Shown one piece after another: positions 22,776 to 32,344 of a stretch of 64,000 bases of DNA (position 1 is its first letter; each line of letters opens with the position of its first letter). The translations under genes were made by a program, and so were the position numbers. A model generated the notes under the pieces. It made no database searches. It saw only the letters and a list, made by a program, of their open reading frames with translations, and was not told the DNA's origin. Origin of the DNA: an uncultured Planctomycetaceae bacterium (lineage in GTDB: Bacteria; Planctomycetota; Planctomycetia; Pirellulales; PALSA-1355). The stretch lies in assembly GCA_963785305.1 (NCBI GenBank), contig CAWAUV010000008.1, positions 1,376,001-1,440,000 on the forward strand, read 5' to 3'.

Positions 22776-23276
22776 TCAACGTCCGTCGGGCAACTCGACG
22801 AGACTCAGCTTCTTAAGCGGCTCGCCATTGGGAAAGTGTTGCAGCGTGCATACTTCGACCACTTTCATGAGCTCCGCGTAGCGGAGCGACGATTCGGCCT
22901 GGATTACCACGTGTTCGCGCGTGCTGTTTGGGTCGCGCAGCGCGGCGCCGAGGCGAGCGTCGAGCGATGTGAGCGGAATCGGGTCGGCCTCGAACATCAC
23001 CGTTCTGATCCGGCCCGCCCGATCGGCGAGCACCGAGATCGCCACCGATTCCGGCTACGCCAGCGGCTCGCCTCCCGAGCGATCGCCCGCGGGAGCGACG
23101 CGACCCGCGGCCTTGGTCGCGGTTTGGGGCATTCGCAACGCGATATCGCCCTCGACCGGCGCTGGCTTGAAGGTGAGGATGAAGAACGCGAGAAGCTGAA
23201 AGGCCATGTCGAGCATGGCGGCCAGATTGAGCTCGACCGCCTCGGCTCCGAGTGTCTTTTTTCGATGGCGGCTCAC
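22776..23276 (-). pseudogene. exbD: ExbD/TolR protein (type 2, second copy) with in-frame TAG at 23055..23057
   Basis: NLAAMLDMAFQLL; ORFs 23055..23276 and 22776..23045 share a frame and together match 23989..24489; the stop may be a base-call error. Confidence 0.7.
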
Positions 23277-23743
23277 GAGGATCGGCCTTTCTTGTTCATC
23301 GCCTTCATCGCGAATTTGCGATAGCCTCTTTCCTGGCAGCGTTTGATCACGCGATTGAGCAGCTTGAACGGCGTGCTCTGGTCGGCCCGCACGACGACGA
23401 TACTCGGGAGATCGTCGCCCGGCTTGAGATCGGGATATTTCATGCGGTAGTGAATCAGACTCCTTTCCGCCTCGGCCTTGATGTATTGGTCGATATCGGT
23501 TTTGGTTTCGCCGTGGACCTTGAGATGGCCGTGTTGGTCGATGTTCAGAATCATCATGTCGTCGTCGCCATGGGTCTCGACGGGAGCAGCCGAGCCGATC
23601 ACGGGCAACTGCAAGGTCAGGTCCATGTCGGCCGCCTTGAAGTTGATGACGAGCATGAAGAACGTGACGAGTTGGAACACCATGTCCAACATCGGCGTCA
23701 GGTTTGGTTCGGCGTTGGCGCCGTGGGCCAGTGATCCGGACAT
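23273..23743 (-). CDS. exbD: ExbD/TolR protein (type 1, second copy)
   Basis: PNLTPMLDMVFQLVTFFML, VVVRADQSTPF. Confidence 0.9.
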   Translation of the reverse strand: MSGSLAHGANAEPNLTPMLDMVFQLVTFFMLVINFKAADMDLTLQLPVIGSAAPVETHGDDDMMILNIDQHGHLKVHGETKTDIDQYIKAEAERSLIHYRMKYPDLKPGDDLPSIVVVRADQSTPFKLLNRVIKRCQERGYRKFAMKAMNKKGRSS

Positions 23744-23988
23744 GGTCAAAACGCCTCCCGACGCGCGGCGCCGATGGGATTCGTTCGAGAAACGCGCGAC
23801 GCTCAAGCCTTTAAATCGGCTCGTCGCCCGCGAATTATTGCCCGGCGCGATGATTGGCCGCTCGCGCGGGCCGGCGCCGCGAGAACGCGGAGAAAAAGCG
23901 AATCGCATGAGAAGCCGGGCGACGCGGCGCCGAGCATGGCGCCGATCGAGCGCGACCGCGACTCGCGGCCGCTTCGGCGAACCCGCGC

Positions 23989-24489
23989 TCAGCTACCGTC
24001 GGGCAGTTCGACGAAGCTCAGTTTTTTGAGCGGCTCGCCGTTGGCGAATTTTTGCCGGGTGCATTTGTCGATCACCTTCATCAGCTCGTCGTAATGCAGA
24101 CCGGAGCCGGCCTGGATCACTACTTGCTTGAGGGTGCTGTTCGGATCGCTAAGCACGGTGCGGAGCCGGTTTTCGAGCGACTCGAAGGGAATTGGGTCGG
24201 CTTCGAACATCACGGTTTTGATTTGTCCGAACCGATCCGGCAGCACCGAGATCGCCACCGTGTCTTGCGACGCCACGGGGTCGTTGTTTTCCTTGTTGCC
24301 GACCGCCGCGCCCAGGGTTTTCACCGCGGGAGTGGCTTGAGGCATGCGCAGGGCGATTTCACCCTCGATCGGCGCCGGCTTGAAGGTGAGGATGAAGAAG
24401 GTGAGGAGTTGAAAGGCCATGTCGAGCATGGCGGCCAGATTGAGCTCGACCGCTTCGGCCCCGTGTTTCTTTTTTCTGCGGCGACTCAT
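23989..24489 (-). CDS. exbD: ExbD/TolR protein (type 2, first copy)
   Basis: ELNLAAMLDMAFQLLTFFILTF, VVIQAGSGLHYDELMKVID. Confidence 0.9.
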   Translation of the reverse strand: MSRRRKKKHGAEAVELNLAAMLDMAFQLLTFFILTFKPAPIEGEIALRMPQATPAVKTLGAAVGNKENNDPVASQDTVAISVLPDRFGQIKTVMFEADPIPFESLENRLRTVLSDPNSTLKQVVIQAGSGLHYDELMKVIDKCTRQKFANGEPLKKLSFVELPDGS

Positions 24490-24520
24490 GGGGTTTCGTG
24501 GACGCTCCGTGGCGATCGGG

Positions 24521-24553
24521 CCCTCTCCACTGGGGAGAAGCCGGGGTGAGGGG
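24521..24553. repeat. REP-like palindrome matching the MITE core
   Basis: Reverse complement CCCCTCACCCCGGCTTCTCCCCAGTGGAGAGGG; no flanking TIRs. Confidence 0.6.
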
Positions 24554-24561
24554 CAAACAAC

Positions 24562-25021
24562 TCAGTCGGTTTTGTTCATCGCCTTCATCGAGAAGTTGCG
24601 ATAGCCTTTTTCCTGGCAGCTTTTGATCACGCGATTGAGCAGTTTGAACGGAGTCGCTTATCGGCCCGCACCACGACGATGCTCGGCAGATCGTCGCCCA
24701 GCTTGAGGTCGGGATTCGTCATGCGAGCGCGGATCAGGCTCAGTCGGCTTCGCCCTTGATGTATTGGTCGAAGTCGGTCTTGGTGTCGCCGTAGACTTTG
24801 AGGTGGCCTTCCTTGTCGATGTTCAGGATCATCATGTCGTTCTGGCCCTTGGTGTCGACCGGAGCGGCCGAACCGATCACGGGCAACTGCAAGGTGAGGT
24901 CCATGGCGGCCGCCTTGAAGTTGATGACGAGCATGAAGAACGTGACGAGTTGGAACACCATGTCCAACATCGGCGTCAGGTTCGGTTCGGCGTTGGAGCC
25001 GTGGGCCAGCGATCCAGACAT
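24562..25021 (-). CDS. exbD: ExbD/TolR protein (type 1, first copy; frameshifts near 24742 and 24655)
   Basis: Closely similar to 23273..23743 when read across three frames. Confidence 0.85.
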
Positions 25022-25102
25022 ACCCTAAACGTTCTCCGATAGATACGATGCCGATTTTTGACGGGGGACATGCGTGCTCGAAGCTCGCGAACTCGCCGCG
25101 GC

Positions 25103-25990
25103 TCAGGCTTTCGCGGCTTTGGCCACCGCCGCGGCGGCCGGTTGGCCCGCGGCGCCGGCGAGGCCGGGGCCTTGCTGCGGGCAGCATGGGCAAAGTGCCG
25201 CAAGAATTCGTCGGCCTGCACCTTGGTGTTCACGGACAAGGCCACCACCCGATTGCGAAACACGGCGAAGAAGTAAATCGCCGGCACGCGAGGGCCCACG
25301 CCCTCGAACGTGAGCAAAAGGGCTTCCGAAATACCGCCGGCGACTTCGCTGGCCTTGAGCTGCTGATCGCTGATGCGCGATCGCGCTGAAGCTGGCGATC
25401 ATGCCTTTGAGCGTGCCCAAGCAGCCCGATCATCGGCCCCAGCGTGCCGAGCACGGCGAGCATGCTGATTTTGCTGTTCCATTTCGGCGGCGATCGACTC
25501 GCCGACCATTTCCATCGCTTCGCGAGCTTCGGCCCAGACCATTGGGCAAGTTCGGCGATTCCGGTGGACACCAAGCCGGCTGAAGATCGAATTGTCGTCT
25601 TTCACCACTCCGTAGATTTCCTTGAACTGCCGCTTCTGCAGCATGTCCTCGGTTTCGTCGACGATCTCGGGCGGGGCCGCCACTTGGGGCCGCATTTCGA
25701 TGAACAGACCGGCTCACGGTCGAAACGAAGTAGATCGACAAAACCAAAATCACGACGCCGATGAAGCCCGACGACTCGAGAAACCAAATGAACACGCTCT
25801 TGGTTTGCTTGGGGGCCTTGTCTTCGCCACCGGCCGCCGCGGCGGCCGGGGCCTCGCCGCCTTCGGCCTGGGCGCGGGCCACTCGCGGCGCCATGGTCAT
25901 CATCGACGCCGTGTTGAGCACGAAGAAGCTGACCAGGAGCGTCAGCAGAAACCAGCGTTGTCGCGAACGGGTCAGCCCAAACATGCTCAT
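25103..25990 (-). CDS. exbB: MotA/TolQ/ExbB proton-channel protein (several frameshifts)
   Basis: LAVLGTLGPMIGLLG, GTLKGMIASF, AIYFFAVFRNRV pieces in successive frames; upstream of the exbD genes. Confidence 0.85.
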
Positions 25991-26068
25991 TGCGAAACCT
26001 CGTGAATGGATGCCGCGGAAGACGTGGCGCCGAAAGCGCGAAAAAAGAATAACCTTCGCGGTGCGTCG

Positions 26069-26176
26069 GAACCTTGGAAAGCGCCTGACCTCTAGAAAGC
26101 ACCGGACCTCTAGAAAGTGCCAGACCTCGGGAACGTGCCAGACCTCGGGAAGGAATCAGTCCTCGGTGAACTTTCC
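26069..26176. repeat. Six degenerate 18-bp tandem repeats
   Basis: gaaccttggaaagcgcct / gacctctagaaagcaccg / gacctctagaaagtgcca / gacctcgggaacgtgcca / gacctcgggaaggaatca / gtcctcggtgaactttcc. Confidence 0.85.
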
Positions 26177-26419
26177 ATGTTAAATCAGCCCGCGGCAGTT
26201 TGAAAGTGGCTTTCGCCAAAAATCAGCCGCCCGCTTGCATATCCGACACCCCCTGATTCCGTGGATCGGGCCGCTTTTATTCCCGGCGCCACGCTCGCGG
26301 CCGTGGCGCCGCTGGACAATCGCGGCCCCGAAACTGTAGAACGATGCGACTTCGAGACACGCTTCGCCCCCGAGCGACGGGGGACGCCGCCACCCGGTTT
26401 TTCGCGAATTTTCATCCTT

Positions 26420-27458
26420 ATGGCCATCAAAATCGGTATCGTCGGCTACCAAGGCTCCGGCAAGAGCTCCCTCTTCGAGTGGCTCACCGGCATCGCGGCC
26501 GACCCGGCGCTGGCACACCTGCGCGCAGAGCGCCATGGCGCCGGCGCCCGATGCGCACGTCGAGGCGCTGTGCGCCGTCTACCACCCGAAAAAAGTCACC
26601 CTCGCCAGCCTCGAGCTCGTCGACACTGCCGGCCTCTCCCGGTCGCACGAGGGCAACGCCGCCCGGCTCGGCCTGATCCGCGAAGCGGGCGCCATGATCG
26701 TGGTGCTCGGCGGCCATGAGCGTGATAGCAACCCCGCTTCCGACGCGGCCCGGTTTGCCGAGGACCTCGTGCTCGCCGATTTGCAGATCGTGTCGGGAAG
26801 GGTCGATCGTCTGCGTGAATCGACCAAGAAGCCCCGGCCCGGACGCGATCAGGAGCTGCTCGAGCTCGCGGCGCTCGAACCTCTGGTCGATGTGCTCGAG
26901 TCGGGCAAGCCGCTCACGGCCATCGCCATGAACGACGAGCAGGTCAAGGCCACGCGCAGCTTTCGGTTGCTCACCGAAAAGCCCGTGCTCATGGTGGTCA
27001 ACACCGCCGACGATGAAGAGAACCCCCAGCGATGCATCGACGCCCTGGCCGACAAGGGGCGCGTCGTGGCGGCGCCCGTGCGATTGGAACTCGAATTGGC
27101 CCGCATGAATCCCGGGGAGCGAGCCGCCTTCAAGGAAGAAATGGGGATCGTCGGCTACGATCGCGACTCGCTGCTCCGCGCGATTCTCGATGTCTCGGGT
27201 CAGATGTTGTATTTCACCGCGGGCGAGAAGGAGGTGCGCACCTGGATGCTCCGCCAGGGTGGCACGGCGCTCGAGGCCGCCGCCAATATCCACACCGACT
27301 TGGCCCGGGGATTCATTCGCGCCGAAATCATGAACTGCGACGACCTGACTCGCTTGGGCAGCGAACGCGAGATCAAGGCGGCCGGCTTGGTGCGCCAAGA
27401 GCCAAAGGACTATGTGATTCGCGACGGCGATATCTTGAATATCCGTTTCAGCGTGTGA
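26420..27458 (+). CDS. ychF: YchF-like Obg-family NTPase with DUF933/TGS C-terminus (frameshift near 26522)
   Basis: KIGIVGYQGSGKSSLF, LVDTAGL, LLTEKP, YFTAGEKEVRTW, IHTDLARGFIRAE, KDYVIRDGDILNIRFSV. Confidence 0.8.
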
Positions 27459-27465
27459 GCCGCTC

Positions 27466-30090
27466 CTAGAGAATCGCCAGCGGATGACGCGGCTCCTCGA
27501 GCGCCCGCGGGTCACGCCCACGCGGTTGATGGCGCTCAGCTTTCGCCACACCTCGCGGCCCGTGCGCTCTCCGGCCACGAGCTCGCGATAGAGCGAGATG
27601 ATTTGGGCGACGTCCTCGGATGTGGTTTCCGTCAACAATTCGATGCGAAACTTCCGCACGCCGCGCTCCACCAGCGCCGGCGCCACTTCGGCCGCGCTCT
27701 GCGCCGTGGCGTTGAAGAGTGTATTGCGGCAGCCGACGTCGGCCGTGAGCGGGTGCTCCATGCCCACGCGATCGCGCAGCCGCACCGCATGCGTGTCGCA
27801 AGGCCGGCCGCAGTTGGTCTTGTTGGTTCCGGGCGAGAGCACGGCGCAGAACACGCAATGCTCCATGTGGAACATCGGCATGTGTTGATGCAGCACGATC
27901 TCGAGCCATTCGCGCGGCGTGGCGGCCACGAGATCGAGCAACTGATCGCGATTCAAATCAAACGAAGCCGTGACCCACGCGGCGCCGAGGCGCATCAGTT
28001 CGGCCACCGAAAGCTCGTTGGCGGCGTTGAGCGAAAAATCAGCGACCGTTCGGATCCCCTCGCGCACGAAGAAATCGAGCGCGGCGAGATTGCGCCAGAA
28101 TGCCATCGGCGCCGTGGCGGGCCATGGCGCGAAACATGCCTTGTTCGCCCGGCTTTTGAATGCGCGGCGTGGCAAGCCAGATTGCGGCGCCCGCCGCGTG
28201 GGCCCGCTCGACCGCCGGGGCGAATTCGCGAATATCCGGAAAGTCGACCATCAGAATGTTCGGCTCGCGCGGCCAGCGCGGCGTCGAGTTGCGCGAGTGT
28301 GCGGCAGAGCACATAGAGCTCGGCCGGCTCGGCGCGGAGCTCGGGAATTAGCTCGACAATGGTCTCGGCGGCCCAGCGGCTTCTTTGTCTCGCGGCGGCG
28401 AACAGGCTTTCGCGCACGCTCGTCAGGGTGGCGCTGCTCGATGCGGTCTTTGGCGCGGCGTCGAATTGGGCATCGAGCGCGGCAATGAGCGCGTGGCGAA
28501 GCTTGCCGAGCACGCTGAGCGGAACCATCGGGCCGCCGACAATCTCGGCTTCGAAATCGGCGAGTCGGTAGTTCGTGGCGCCCAAGCGGTCGAACTGTTC
28601 GCGGAGCATGCGCTCCGTGGCCGGATGCCGCGCCGCGACCGCGAGCGGTTCGGGCGACGCGACATGGCACGTAATCTCATGATCGGCCGCGCCGCCAAGC
28701 GTCGCGCTCACCACAAGCGGCTCGCCCACCGCCGCGCGCACTCGCAGACGAAGCGGCGCCGCGCGGCGTGGGCGCGAGCCATCGAATGTCTTGCGCAGCT
28801 CGGACGCGAGCGATGGCTCATCGGTCTTCCAAAGTTCCTGGCCGGGCTGGAGGCGCGAAAATCGATCGCGCCGCGGGCAAACGTCAGCTCGACGACCTCG
28901 CCTGTGACCCGCTCGACGATGGACTGGCTCCCGCGAAAGATTTCATACACCCGGCCGCCCTGCTCCTGTCCGGCCGCGCGATCGGCGGCAAACACCACCC
29001 CATCGCCACGCGCGAGCGAGCCGGTAAGTTCAACTCGCGCCCGCCCGCGGCTCACTCCGTGAACATGGCCGATGCGGACTCCGCGCTTGGCCGACGATAT
29101 TCCAGGCACGAGCGCCTTGTGATCGTTGCCCTCGAGCCAGCCATGGGAAAAGCCACGCGAGAACGAAAGCTCCATGGTCTCGATGTCGCGCGGGGAAAAG
29201 CTTGCCCGGAGGCCAGCCATGGCGGCGTCGATCGCGCGGCGATAATGCCGCGTGATGTTGGCGACATATTCGGCCGACTTGAGCCGCCCCTCGATCTTGA
29301 AGCTCGCGACGCCCGCGGCGATGAGTTCGTGAGTGAGATCGTAGGCCGCTAGATCGCGCGGGCTGAGCAGGTAGCGCTGCTCGCCGAGATCGCGATCCTC
29401 GCCGTCGACCACGAGCTCATAGGGCAAGCGGCAGGCCTGCGCGCATTGGCCGCGATTGGCGCTGCGACCGCCGAGCGATTCGCTGGTGAGACACTGGCCG
29501 GAATAGGCCACGCACAGCGCTCCGTGGACAAACACTTCGAGCGGCATCTCGGTTTCGCGATGGATGCGCGAGATCTCCTCGATCGACAGTTCACGCGCGA
29601 GCACCACGCGTTCGATATCCCAGCGACGCGCCGCATCGATCGACTCGCTGCTGGTGAGCGTCATTTGCGTCGAGGCGTGGATCACGAGCGCCGGCGCGAT
29701 GGCCTTGATCAGCAGCGTGGCGCCGATATCTTGGACCAGCGCCGCGTCGACTCCCGCGGCGGCGAGCGCGCGAATCGTGGCTTCGAGCTCGGCCAGTTCG
29801 CCGGAAAAGACAAGCGTGTTCAACGTCACATAGCCCCGCGCGCCGCGGCGATGCAGATAGTCCATTACTTCGGGGAGCGACTCGAGCGCGAAGTTGGCGG
29901 CGCGGGCGCGGGCATTGAATCCGCCCTGAAGTCCGAAATACACCGCGTCGGCCCCGTTTTCCACCGCGGCCCGCAGGCAGTCCCAGTCACCCGCCGGCGC
30001 GAGCAATTCGGGCGCGGCGGGACCCGGCGCTTGGTTCGGGAAACGAGGAGGCGGGGAGTTCTCGGCGGCGCTGGGCGGGGTGGAATCCAT
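27466..30090 (-). CDS. U32 family protein, long RlhA-like form (about five frameshifts)
   Basis: PELLAPAG, GADAVYFG, IHASTQM, VHGALCVAYSGQC, RSANRGQCAQACRLPY, FKIEGRLK; C-terminal HMEHCVFC...CGRPC...GCRNTLFN. Confidence 0.88.
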
Positions 30091-30166
30091 CGTGTCAGTT
30101 TAGCAGAAAACGGATCGCGCGAGGCGCCCTCCCGCGCCGGGCGGTGGGGAATTACACTAGAGCGTC

Positions 30167-30771
30167 ATGAACAGAACTCTTCGCATGGCGACTTCCAACG
30201 ACGCGGCGGCCGCGCGGGCCATCTATGCGCCTATTGCGACCGTTCGCCGGTGAGCTTCGAGATCGTCGCGCCCAGCGTGGCCCAAATGCGGGAGCGCATC
30301 GAGACCGTGCTCACGCGGTTTCCCTGGCTCGTGGGCGAAGTCGATGGCCAAGTGGCCGGGTATGTCTATGCGAGCCCAAATCGCGAACGCGCCGCCTATC
30401 AGTGGGGCGCCGACGTGGCGGTGTATATTGGGCCCGAGCATCGCCGCGCCGGACTGGGCCGCGCGCTGTACACCGCGCTGTTCGACCTGATGCGATCCCA
30501 GGGCTTCTTTCATGCCTATGCCGGCATCACGCTACCCAATCCCGGCAGTGTCACGCTGCACGAACGAGCCGGGTTTTCGCTCGTGGGCGTGTATCGCAAT
30601 GTCGGCTACAAAGACGGCGCGTGGCGCGACGTGGGTTGGTTTCATCTGCCATTGCGGGAACTGATCGACAATCCGCCGGCGCCGCGACCTTGGAGCGAAC
30701 TGCCGGAAGAAACAATCGCCGCCGCATTCGAGCGCGGGCGACAAACGTGGAGCGGCGGATCGGCAACGTAA
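30167..30771 (+). CDS. GNAT N-acetyltransferase, phosphinothricin/ArsN-like (frameshift near 30231)
   Basis: VSFE, RERAAYQW, GLGRALY, AGITLPNPGSVTLHERAGF, VGYKDGAWRDVGW. Confidence 0.88.
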
Positions 30772-30893
30772 TCGGCCGCGCGGGCGAATCGCTTGGGAAT
30801 GAAACTCGACCGGGCCGGAGCGATTAACAGCCTATTGAAATATTCAAGAGGCGATTAAAGCCGATCTGAATGCGCGGCGATAGAGACAGACTG

Positions 30894-31885
30894 CTAGAGC
30901 AGATCGCCCGAGGCGCCGGATTCTTCTTGCTCGATCTGAGCCAGGATCCGGGTCAGCGTGTTGGCATGCACGCCGAGCAGTTTGGCGGCGCGGCCCTTGT
31001 GGCCTCGAGTCGCGAGGAGAGCTTGCCGCACTGCCGTGGCCCGCAGCTTTTGCAGGTCCATGAAGGGCAACGTCGACTCGTGACTGCGAGACCGGTGGGC
31101 GCCAGGAAGTTCGGGAGCACAGTCGAGCACATAGGCTTGCTCGATCACATGGGCAAGTTGTCGCACATTGCCCGGCCAAGCGAACTCGCAAAACTCGCGG
31201 AGCGTGTCCGCGTCGGGTCGCCAAACCGTGCTGCCATATTGAGCGGCGTATTTGGCGGACAAGAACTCGATGAAGGTGGGAATGTCCTCGCGGCGGTCGC
31301 GCAAGGCCGGAACATGCAGTTCGACCATGTTGAGCCGATAGTACAAGTCCTCACGGAAGTTTCCTTCCTCGACTTCGATCTCTAGGTCGCGATTCGTGGC
31401 GGCGACGATCTGCACATTGACTTGAACCGGCTCGGCGCTGCCGACCGGAGTCACTTCGCGCTGTTGCAACACGCGCAGCAGCTTGGGCTGGAGCTCCATC
31501 GGCATCTCGCCGACTTCGTCCAAGAACACCACGCCGCCCTCGGCAGCGCGAAACACACCCAGCGAACTACCCGCGGCGCCGGTAAATGCGCCGCGCTCAT
31601 GACCAAACAACTGACTCTCGGCCAAACTCACGGTTAATGCCGCGCAGTTGACTGGAATAAATGGCTTGTTGCGCGCGGGCCGCAGCGATGCAGCAGCTTG
31701 GCCCAAATCTCCTTGCCGGTGCCGGTCTCGCCCGAGACAAGCACGGTGCATTCGGCTTCCGCAGCGCACTCCGCATGCCGCGCGATCTTGCGCACCGCCG
31801 CATTGCGACCAAGCACGCAATCCAGGCTTGTATCAAAGCCTGTCTCGCTTGCAAGCAAGTTCGACAATAGGGAAGTGGTGCTCAT
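30894..31885 (-). CDS. Sigma-54 enhancer-binding protein lacking an N-terminal regulatory domain (frameshift near 31678)
   Basis: GETGTGKE, VNCAAL, ESQLFGHERGAFTGA, FLDEVGE, FREDLYYRL, WPGNVRQL, Fis-type HTH. Confidence 0.92.
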
Positions 31886-32344
31886 GCGGCTAACGTTATT
31901 GAAATGCCTGCTAGGCGAGTCATGCCCCCCCCGGCGCGATTTAAATCCTCGCCTCGGGGGCCAATTGCACTATTCAGTTTAGACAGCTTCGAAATACGGG
32001 GCAAGCGAAATATTTTCGTGAAGTCAAGTTCGCTGAAGGATTTAGCGAGCTAATTGCTAACGGAAAAATCATTAAAATCCGATGCTTTTCGGCGCGACGC
32101 CCCCCATGTGGGCTTGGCCGGAATCGCGACAATCATACTTTCCCTCGCTCACCCGCAAGCTCCGCTTTCGGGCCACGGGTTTTTTTCGACGAAAAGCAGT
32201 GCCCGGCCCCCTCGCATTCGCGCTTTCGGTGGAGCAAAATGGGGACCGTCGAGCTTGGGGAAAGTGGCGCCCGGCGGGGCGCATGCCATGGCTGGACGTG
32301 TTTAACCGCAAACCATTCGGCCGTTGCTTGTTAGGAATGAATTC

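Noticed and set aside
23055..23057. Pyrrolysine or recoded amber codon
   Set aside because: TAG terminates other genes in the window, the paralogue has Ser at this position, and no pyl genes are seen.
26069..26176. CRISPR array (also considered for 7049..7105 and 58398..58448)
   Set aside because: The units are contiguous and 17-19 bp long, with no unique spacers and no cas genes.
30830..30852. Imperfect AT-rich palindrome between convergent genes
   Set aside because: Weak stem with no U-tract; a terminator cannot be told from chance.
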